NCBI GenBank assembly: GCA_030141605.1
Contig: JAQGDQ010001983.1
Location: 1-18,708 of the forward strand
Source: Tubiluchus corallicola
Lineage: Eukaryota > Animalia > Priapulida
Direction of reading: 5' to 3'
DNA: 18,708 nucleotides
Part shown: positions 1 through 8,470 of the stretch, one piece after another
Layout of the letters: every line of letters begins with the position of its first letter
Position numbering within the stretch: position 1 is the first letter of the stretch
Notes under the pieces: generated by a model
The model's input: the letters and a program-made list of their open reading frames with translations, nothing else
Told to the model about the DNA's origin: nothing
Database searches by the model: none
Program-made: the position numbers and the translations under genes

Positions 1-2585
1 CGTGATGGCAGGCTAAGAGAAAGTAGCAGTTTTAGAAAATCTAGACACAAACTGCACGTGATGGTAGGCTAAGAGAAAGTAGCAGTTTTAGAAAATCTAG
101 GCATTAATTGCACGTGATGGCAGGCTAAGAGAAAGTAGCAGTTTTAGAAAATCTAGGCACAAACTGCACGTGAAGGCAGGCTAAGAGAAAGTAGCAGTTT
201 TAGAAAATCTAGACACAAACTGCACGTGATGACAGACTAAGAGAAAGTAGCAGTTTTAGAAAATCTAAGCACAAACTGCACGTGATGGCAGACTAAGAAA
301 AAGTAGCAGTTTTAGAAAATCTAGGCATAAACTGCACGTGATGACAGGCTAAGAGAAAGTAGTAGTTTTAGAAAATCAAGACACAAACTGCACGTGATGG
401 CAGGCTAAGAGAAAGTAGCAGTTTTAGAAAATCTAGGCATAAACTGCACGTGATGACAGGCTAAGAGAAAGTAGTAGTTTTAGAAAATCAAGACACAAAC
501 TGCACGTGATGGCAGGCTAAGAGAAAGTAGCAGTTTTAGAAAATCTAGGCATAAACTGCACGTGATGGCAGGCTAAGAGAAAGTAGCAGTTTTAAAAAAT
601 CTAGGCATAAACTGCACGTGATGGTAGGCTAAGAGAAAGTAGCAGTTTTAGAAAATCAAGGCATAAATTGCACGTGATGGCAGGCTAAGAGAAAGTAGCA
701 GTTTTAGAAAATCTAGGCATAAACTGCACGTGATGGCAGGCTAAGAGAAAGTAGCAGTTTTAGAAAATCTAGGCATAAACTGCAGGTGATGGCAGACTAA
801 GAGAAAGTAGCAGTTTTAGAAAATCTAGGCATAAACTGCACGTGATGGCAGGCTAAGAGAAAGTAGCAGTTTTAGAAAATCTAGGCATAAACTGCACGTG
901 ATGGCAGGCTAAGAGAAAGTAGCAGTTTTAGAAAATCTAGACGCAAACTGCACGTGATGGCAGGCTAAGAGAAAGTAGCAGTTTTAGAAAATCTAGACAT
1001 AAACTGCACGTGATGGCAGGCTAAGAGAAAGTAGCAGTTTTAGAAAATCTAGACATAAACTGCACGTGATGACAGACTAAGAGAAAGTAGCAGTTTTAGA
1101 AAATCTAGGCATTAATTGCACGTGATGGCAGGCTAAGAGAAAGTAGCAGTTTTAGAAAATCTAGGCACAAACTGCACGTGATGGCAGGCTAAGAGAAAGT
1201 AGCAGTTTTAGAAAATCTAGACACAAACTGCACGTGATGACAGGCTAAGAGAAAGTAGCAGTTTTAGAAAATCTAGACATAAACTGCACGTGATGGCAGG
1301 CTAAGAGAAAGTAGCAGTTTTAGAAAATCTAGACACAAACTGCACGTGATGGCAGGCTAAGAGAAAGTAGCAGTTTTAGAAAATCTAGGCATAAACTGCA
1401 CGTGATGGCAGGCTAAGAGAAAGTAGCAGTTTTAGAAAATCTAGGCATAAACTGCACGTGATGGTAGGCTAAGAGAAAGTAGCAGTTTTAGAAAATCTAG
1501 GCATAAACTGCACGTGATGGTAGGCTAAGAGAAAGTAGCAGTTTTAAAAAATCTAGGCATAAACTGCACGTGATGGTAGGCTAAGAGAAAGTAGCAGTTT
1601 TAAAAAATCTAGGCATAAACTGCACGTGAAGGCAGGCTAAGAGAAAGTAGCAGTTTTAGAAAATCAAGGCATAAATTGCACGTGATGGCAGGCTAAGAGA
1701 AAGTAGCAGTTTTAGAAAATCTAGGCATAAACTGCACGTGATGGCAGGCTAAGAGAAAGTAGCAGTTTTAGAAAATCTAGGCATAAACTGCATGTGATGG
1801 CAGACTAAGAGAAAGTAGCAGTTTTAGAAAATCTAGACATAAACTGCACGTGATGACAGACTAAGAGAAAGTAGCAGTTTTAGAAAATCTAGACACAAAC
1901 TGCACGTGATGGCAGGTTAAGAGAAAGTAGCAGTTTTAGAAAATCAAGACATAAATTGCACGTGATGGCAGGTTAAGAGAAAGTAGCAGTTTTAGAAAAT
2001 CTAGGCATAAAGTGCACGTGATGGCGGACTGAGAAAAAGTAGCAGTTTTAGAAAATCTAGGCATAAACTGCATGTGATGGCAGACTAAGAGAAAGTAGCA
2101 GTTTTAGAAAATCAAGACATAAACTGCAGGTGATGGCAGACTAAGAGAAAGTATCAGTTTTAGAAAATCTAGGCATAAACTGCACGTGATGGCAGGCTAA
2201 GAGAAAGTAGCAGTTTTAGAAAATCTAGGCACAAACTGCACGTGATGGCAGACTAAGAGGAAGTAGCAGTTTTAGAAAATCTAGGTATAAACTGCACGTG
2301 ATGGCAGACTAAGAGAAAGTAGCAGTTTTAGAAAATCTAGACGCAAACTGCACGTGATGGCAGGCTAAGAGAAAGTAGCAGTTTTAGAAAATCTAGGCAT
2401 AAATTGCACGTGATGGCAGGCTAAGAGAAAGTAGCAGTTTTAGAAAATCTAGGCATAAATTGCACGTGATGGCAGACTAAGAGAAAGTAGCAGTTTTAGA
2501 AAATCTAGGCATTAATTGCTCGTGATGGCAAGCTAAGAGAAAGTAGCAGTTTTAGAAAATCTAGGCATAAACTGCATGTGATGGT
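1..2585. repeat. Intronic 56-bp tandem repeat, ~46 copies, truncated by the window start; consensus CACGTGATGGCAGGCTAAGAGAAAGTAGCAGTTTTAGAAAATCTAGGCATAAACTG
   Basis: The same register recurs at 1, 841, 1681 and 2521 (840 = 15 x 56). Copies differ only by substitutions and have no unique spacers. Confidence 0.97.
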
Positions 2586-2705
2586 AGTAGTGCTATAATT
2601 CATGTTTGCGTCACAAGGTGATGCAGAAACAAACCGGTCACACTACTAATGAACACTGTGACTGAATCGACGCAGATGCAAGAGTTAAATTTCTTCGATT
2701 TACAG

Positions 2706-2782
2706 GAAGCGTTCGAGAAGCTGAAGAAGGTTTTGGGAGAAAAGTGGGATTTTGTGCTCATGCAAGCCGAAGAACAAGTCAA
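2706..2782 (+). CDS. RGS9-like: R7-family RGS protein, internal coding exon 1 in window (DHEX region): EAFEKLKKVLGEKWDFVLMQAEEQV(K)
   Basis: Acceptor tttacag|GAA, donor AA|gtatgt, 77 nt, ends in phase 2. KWDFVLMQAEEQ matches RGS9 KWDFVIMQAKEQ and RGS7 KWEFIFMQAEAQ. Confidence 0.92.
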
Positions 2783-2916
2783 GTATGTAAAAATATGTAT
2801 CTATTATTCTGTATTCGTGCACTATTTTAAGTTTTTGTGTACTGTGACAGTTGTTAGGTAATGTAATCATTTTCTTTTGAAAATGCTTGTATTTATACTC
2901 TTACTTTGCTATTTTT

Positions 2917-3024
2917 GACTACGGCCAAATCACGTTGAAAACACCGGTTCTCGTCTGTTCACCAAAGTCAAGCAACGTAGAGCCTGGTTAGTACTTGGAT
3001 GGGAATACCAGGTGCTGTAGGCTT
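2917..3024 (+). pseudogene. 5S rRNA-derived sequence (SINE head), not a functional 5S gene
   Basis: GACTACGGCCAAATCACGTTGAAAACACCGGTTCTCGTC...GGTTAGTACTTGGATGGGAATACCAGGTGCTGTAGGCTT aligns by eye to metazoan 5S. It is 108 nt, lacks ~12 nt (TGACCGCCTGGG-like) in box C, and has no oligo-T terminator after it. Confidence 0.9.
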
Positions 3025-3258
3025 GAGGGATGCCGTATGTATCGCTCCGCTTGCCTTTGGATTACACCAGGGAGGAAGAGAGGGGGTTCCTGTTGTCTGG
3101 GCAACTCAGGATCTCCATACACCTTGCCCAGGCGTGCGCCCTGGAGACGTTCAAAGATCGGACTGCTCAGCCACGGTCGACGCTGCAGCTCCATCAATGT
3201 GATCAACAACTCTCTTGGCGCACACTCCATTGTCTTCCGAGACAGAACGATGCCAACA
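2917..3258 (+). mobile_element. 5S-rRNA-derived SINE (SINE3 type) with RTE-LINE-like bipartite body and tail
   Basis: 5S head at 2917-3024; GC-rich stem-forming middle at 3025-3147; 3148-3258 translates as RSKIGLLSHGRRCS...GAHSIVFRDRTMPT, like an RTE ORF C-terminus, and ends in CAACAA. Perfect 14-bp direct repeat ACTTTGCTATTTTT at 2903-2916 and 3259-3272. Confidence 0.85.
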
Positions 3259-3281
3259 ACTTTGCTATTTTTACATAGTAT

Positions 3282-3683
3282 TGTAACGATGCTGGTTCGT
3301 CGCCACCAGGGCATCTGATTGGTGGCTCCCCTGGTCGGTTCGTTCCCTCGTATTTCGGACGCCAAGGAGTCCGGGTTCACTGCTAGGATGATGCAAACTT
3401 TATAAAGTCAGATAGACACTTGTTGAAGTAAACATGTCCTGTGTACTTTATGCCGGCTGTGTCTACGGAACAGGTCCTGTGATGGTAAAAACACCTGTCC
3501 ATTTACCTGCCGAATGAGATTCAGATTTTTTTATTTTTTCCAATAATCAACGATCAACAATAACCAATCAATCAATCAATCAATCCCATAATTCCGTAGC
3601 GGTATTATACTCGGCTTCATTCGGACGAGACCATTACAAAGTAGAAGGGGGATCGAAAATAAATAGGATTTTGCCCCGTAACA
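3282..3683. mobile_element. Probable solo LTR (Gypsy-like), 402 bp
   Basis: Termini TGTAACG...CGTAACA (TG..CA, 6/7 inverted match), flanked by 4-bp direct repeat GTAT (3278-3281 and 3684-3687). Internal TATA-like TTTATAAA near 3400. Confidence 0.5.
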
Positions 3684-3722
3684 GTATTTTTATTGAAATT
3701 TTATTACGCTAGTTTATTTAGC

Positions 3723-3925
3723 CAGGGGCGGATACAGGTTTCAGAGCAACGGTCAGCCCAAAAGTTAGAGGGGCTGGGGAGCTGGTGTAAACTCACTTCT
3801 GCCTTCAAGAAGCCATTTCCTCAAGGAAGCTCACTAGTTTAGACACGTGTTCACTAGTTTAGTGTCACCGCACCTTTGACTCAAAATTACACACCAATAC
3901 TTTGATATCTTCCACTAAAACATGA
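3723..3925 (+). mobile_element. Partial copy of a non-autonomous DNA transposon/MITE (Harbinger-like terminus CAGGGGCGGATACAG)
   Basis: Shares the 5' end, one collapsed internal unit and the downstream CACCTTTGACTC.AAATTACA.ACCAATA segment with the element at 4266-5485. Confidence 0.6.
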
Positions 3926-4265
3926 AGTATTACATCTCGGAATCAGAGTTAACAGAAATCTAAAGTCTTCCACTCACTGTCTTAATACTTGTGCTAAGGC
4001 GAATCGTGTAAGCAATATGGTTTTTTTTGTTTTGTTACATCTGATAAGCATGCACTGTTTTGCAGCTTACAAAACACATGTACACCCATTAGTCGAATGT
4101 TGCATTCGTGTCTGGAGTCCCTACCCCAACCTTCTAAGGGATATAGACCTTGTGGAAACTGTACAAAGATGTTTCACATTGCTAGATGTAGGTTAGACTC
4201 TGCGTCAGACTCAAATAGATTATCAAATAGTTAAATTGGAACCCCTAGAATTAAGATGGATTGAT

Positions 4266-5485
4266 CAAGGGCGGATACAGATTTTAGAACAACGATGGGC
4301 CCAACAGAAAAGCAGTCAGAGGGTCTGGGGGCAGCGTAAGCTCCCCTGCTAGGTCCACCCGGACAACAATGCAATTTACTGCATTTCAGACCACTTCTGC
4401 CTTCTAGAAACCATCTCTAGGAAGCTCACTAGTCTAGAGCAGGTGTCTCCAGGGTCTGGGGGCGGTGTAAGCTCCCCTGCGAGGTCCACCCTGTCAACAA
4501 TACATTTTACTGCATTTTAGACCACTTCTGCCTTCTAGAAACCATCTCTAGGAAGCTCACTAGTTTAGAACAGGTGTCTCCTGGGTCTGGGGGGCAGTGT
4601 AAGCTCCCCTGCTAGGTCCACCCACACAACAATACATTTTACTGCATTTTAGACCACTTCTGCCTTCTAGAAACCATCTCTAGGAAGTTCACTAGTCTAG
4701 AACAGGTGTCTCCTGGGTCTGGGGGCTGTGTAAGCTCCCCTGTGAGGTCCACCAACACAACAATACATTTTACTGCATTTCAGACCACTTTCCTGCCTTC
4801 TAGAAACCATCTCTAGGAAGTTCACTAGTTTAGAACAGGTGTCTCCTGGGTCTGGGGGCGGTGTAAGCTCCCCTGCGAGGTCCACCCGGACAACAATACA
4901 TTTTACTGCATTTTAGACCACTTTCCTGCCTTCTAGAAACCATCTCTAGGAAGTTCACTAGTTTAGAACAGGTGTCTCCTGGGTCTGGGGGTGGTGTAAG
5001 CTCCCCTGAGAGGTCCACCCACACAACAATACATTTTACTGCATTTTAGACCACTTTCGTACCTTCTAGAAACCATCTCTAGGAAGTTCACTAGTTTAGA
5101 ACAGGTGTCTCCTGGGTCTGGGGGTGGTGTAAGCTCCCCTGAGAGGTCCACCCACACAACAATACATTTTACTGCATTTTAGACCACTTTCGTACCTTCT
5201 AGAAACCATGTCTAGGAAGTTCACTAGTTCAGAACAGGTGTCTCCTCACCTTTGACTCGAAATTACATACCAATATATCGATATACACTATACAGCATAC
5301 ATGATGTACGTAACTTTCATCTGTCTTCTTGTGATACATGATTTTTACAGATCTAAGGCGCCTTTATGATCTAGCAAATTGTTCTAATGCTTATAATTCA
5401 GAGGAAGCATTAATTTGGTGTGTTGTAACAGTTACCGTGCAAGGGACGGCCCAGGCCCTTTGCCCCCCCCCTAAATCCGCCACTG
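4266..5485 (+). mobile_element. Non-autonomous DNA transposon/MITE with imperfect TIRs (CAAGGGCGGATACAG ... CTAAATCCGCCACTG), carrying an internal tandem array
   Basis: Inverted termini are visible; the same 5' terminus occurs at 3723 and 5731; no transposase ORF. The superfamily assignment is tentative. Confidence 0.65.
4321..5246. repeat. 131-133-bp tandem repeat, 7 copies, inside the MITE
   Basis: GGGTCTGGGG starts at 4321, 4452, 4583, 4715, 4848, 4981 and 5114. Confidence 0.95.
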
Positions 5486-5551
5486 TTAGTACAATGTGGT
5501 AGTAGATAACATTGTTATGCAGTTGCTCTAATTAAATGCATTTTGTTCCAG

Positions 5552-5633
5552 GTTAGCCAGAGAGCGAAAAAAACAGGACAAGATTATCCTGGATAGTCAG
5601 GAAAAAGCTTTCTGGAGAGTGCACAGGCCCCCG
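5552..5633 (+). CDS. RGS9-like: R7 RGS exon 2 (DHEX): (K)LARERKKQDKIILDSQEKAFWRVHRPP
   Basis: Acceptor ttttgttccag|G, donor CCG|gtaagg, 82 nt, phase 2 to 0. ILDSQEKAFWRVHRP matches RGS7 ILDSQERAFWDVHRP. Confidence 0.95.
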
Positions 5634-5730
5634 GTAAGGGAACGCTAGTTTGGTTTTAAAAAGTGTGTCAACGTCCTGGGTTTGTTGCCCTGGTAATGAG
5701 TGCAATAATGCAGTCTTACATGTACCTAAG

Positions 5731-5816
5731 CAGGGGCGGATACAGGCTTTAGAAAAAGGGTGCAACCAACAAAAGGCAGAGCCCCGGCTACCAATGCATT
5801 TTACTGCATTTTAGAC
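5731..5816 (+). mobile_element. Truncated 5' fragment of the same MITE family
   Basis: CAGGGGCGGATACAGG start and CAATGCATTTTACTGCATTTTAGAC internal motif shared with 4266-5485. Confidence 0.6.
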
Positions 5817-5819
5817 AAA

Positions 5820-7230
5820 CAATGATCATTGTTTCTGATACTGCTCGTGTAATGGGTGCACGTATTATGATCATTGTTTGTGATTTTGCTTGTGTAATGG
5901 GTGCACGTATTATGATCATTGTTTGTGATTTTGCTCGTGTAATGGGTGCACGTATTATGATCATTGTTTGTGATTTTGCTCGTGTAATGGGTGCACGTAT
6001 TATGATCATTGTTTGTGATTTTGCTCGTGTAATGGGTGCACGTATTATGATCATTGTTTGTGATTTTGCTCGTGTAATGGGTGCACGTATTATGATCATT
6101 GTTTGTGATTTTGCTTGTGTAATGGGTGTACGTATTATGATCATTGTTTGTGATTTTGCTCTTGTAATGGGTGTACGTATTATGATCATTGTTTGTGATT
6201 TTGCTCGTGTAATGGGTGTACGTATTATGATCATTGTTTGTGATTTTGCTCGTGTAATGGGTGCACGTATTATGATCATTGTTTGTGATTTTGCTCGTGT
6301 AATGGGTGTACGTATTATGATCATTGTTTGTGATTTTGCTCGTGTAATGGGTGCACGTATTATGATCATTGTTTGTGATTTTGCTCGTGTAATGGGTGTA
6401 CGTATTATGATCATTGTTTGTGATTTTGCTCTTGTAATGGGTGCACGTATTATGATCATTGTTTGTGATTTTGCTCTTGTAATGGGTGTACGTATTATGA
6501 TCATTGTTTGTGATTTTGCTCGTGTAATGGGTGTACGTATTATGATCATTGTTTGTGATTTTGCTCGTGTAATGGGTGTACGTATTATGATCATTGTTTG
6601 TGATTTTGCTCGTGTAATGGGTGCACGTATTATGATCATTGTTTGTGATTTTGCTCGTGTAATGGGTGTACGTATTATGATCATTGTTTGTGATTTTGCT
6701 CTTGTAATGGGTGCACGTATTATGATCATTGTTTGTGATTTTGCTCGTGTAATGGGTGTACGTATTATGATCATTGTTTGTGATTTTGCTCTTGTAATGG
6801 GTGCACGTATTATGATCATTGTTTGTGATTTTGCTCGTGCAATGGGTGTACGTATTATGACCATTGTTTGTGATTTTGCTCGTGTAATGGGTGTACGTAT
6901 TATGATCATTGTTTGTGATTTTGCTTGTGTAATGGGTGTACGTATTATGATCATTGTTTGTGATTTTGCTCTTGTAATGGGTGTACGTATTATGATCATT
7001 GTTTGTGATTTTGCTTGTGTAATGGGTGTACGTATTATGATCATTGTTTGTGATTTTGCTCTTGTAATGGGTGTACGTATTATGATCATTGTTTGTGATT
7101 TTGCTCGTGTAATGGGTGCACGTATTATGATCATTGTTTGTGATTTTGCTCTTGTAATGGGTGCACGTATTATGATCATTGTTTGTGATTTTGCTCTTGT
7201 AATGGGTGCACGTATTATGATCATTGTTTG
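5820..7230. repeat. Intronic 45-bp tandem repeat, ~31 copies; TATTATGATCATTGTTTGTGATTTTGCTCGTGTAATGGGTG(C/T)ACG
   Basis: Register recurs every 180 bp (4 x 45); copies are highly homogeneous. Confidence 0.97.
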
Positions 7231-7314
7231 CATCTTCGCTTGTGCTAATTTGACTTGTGGTTTACGGTTTTCGTAATTACACGGCGGCGGTAATTTCGTG
7301 TTGTGACATTTCAG

Positions 7315-7410
7315 CCCGGTCAACAGTACGCCTTGGAGACTGCGGTTCCGCGCACGTTTCGGAGCAGTTTTCTCAAGAAGCGAAAAACGCAGGAGGAGCT
7401 GAAAAAAGAG
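7315..7410 (+). CDS. RGS9-like: R7 RGS exon 3 (DHEX-GGL linker): PGQQYALETAVPRTFRSSFLKKRKTQEELKKE
   Basis: Acceptor catttcag|CCC, donor GAG|gtaaga, 96 nt, phase 0-0. Completes the HRPP-PG motif. Confidence 0.9.
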
Positions 7411-7863
7411 GTAAGAATTATTAGTCCATCCATTTTGCGAACAGTACAATAGGCTGGGAAAATTTTAATCTACGGCCAAACTGTTTAAGCTTACAAATTT
7501 CTTAATTTGCGTAACTATTTTAATCACTTATTCGTTAAAATTGCAATTATTGATCCATTCAAGCCATCAGGCACTCAAGATGAATGAGGTTTGAGTTCTA
7601 TGGTTAAACTAAAATTCTCAAACACCATACGAATTCGGCAATTAATGAAGTAAACTGGTCAAACAGTTCTTAAAAGTTACATTCTGGCTAAAGTTAGTCA
7701 AAAGTGTGAACACACCCTTACAGGAAGTATATAACGTGGTACAATTCCATTAAACGAACTACACTAACCCATGCACCACATATTTTGGAGGTGATATCGC
7801 ATAAAATTCGATGCTTGCATAACTTGCGTTTCAAATAAGAGAAGCTAGAGTAGTTTCAAACAA

Positions 7864-8300
7864 CTTGGTGTCGTGCTGCCATCTACTGGGCTTTTACTAA
7901 ATTAATAACTTAATGTATGTTGAAGTCATTTGTTCATGCTGTGATAAAACTGTAACAATTCCACGGAATAAACAGCAAAATGCTGATTTGTTCATAGATG
8001 CACGAATAATTGGGTTAAACCAAAATTCTTGGTGTCGTGCTGCCATCTACTGGGCTTTTACTAAATTAATAACTTAGTGTTTGTTGAAATCATTTGTTCA
8101 TGCTGTGATAAAACTGTAACAATGCCATGGAACAAAACAGCAAATTACTGATTTGTTCATAGATGCACCAATAATCGGGTTAAACGAAAATTCTTGGTGT
8201 CGTGCTGCCATCTACTGGGCCTTTACTAAATTAATAACTTAATGTATGTTGAAATCATTTGTTCATGCTGTGATAAAACCGTAACAATTCCATGGAATAA
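7864..8300. repeat. ~164-bp tandem repeat, ~2.7 copies, each with a CTCF-like motif
   Basis: CTTGGTGTCGTGCTGCCATCTACTGGG at 7864, 8028 and 8193. Confidence 0.9.
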
Positions 8301-8340
8301 TCGGGATTTTAAAGAAATCTCACATTTTTTTTACGTTTAG

Positions 8341-8402
8341 ATCCGATTTCTCCGAAAACTTGCTGACAAGTCGAGATGCAAAGTATCGCATTCCGTGGAC
8401 CA
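8341..8402 (+). CDS. RGS9-like: R7 RGS exon 4 (N-terminal half of GGL domain): IRFLRKLADKSRCKVSHSVD(H)
   Basis: Acceptor tttttttacgtttag|ATC, donor CA|gtaagt, 62 nt, phase 0 to 2. G-gamma-like pattern I..L......R.KVS. Confidence 0.9.
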
Positions 8403-8470
8403 GTAAGTTTAGTCTAGTATAAACATAGTTTTATTGAATAACAAATATTACAATACGGCTTGAATAGACA

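Noticed and set aside
2917-3024. Functional 5S rRNA gene
   Set aside because: Box C deletion, several substitutions, no oligo-T terminator, and it lies inside a TSD-bounded retroposed unit.
3061-3145. HDV-like ribozyme in the SINE middle region (CTGGGCAAC plus hairpins)
   Set aside because: I could not build the nested double pseudoknot by eye; a covariance-model or descriptor search would be needed.
2988-3380. Overlapping 67-130-aa ORFs as a small gene
   Set aside because: They span SINE and putative LTR sequence; only the RTE-like C-terminal remnant is meaningful.
4697-5157. Three near-identical 62-64-aa ORFs on the minus strand
   Set aside because: They are translations of successive ~133-bp repeat units.
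5788-7449. 553-aa (-) and 484-aa (+) ORFs as real protein-coding genes
   Set aside because: They are translations of a 45-bp intronic minisatellite, with no recognisable domain and near-identical nucleotide units.
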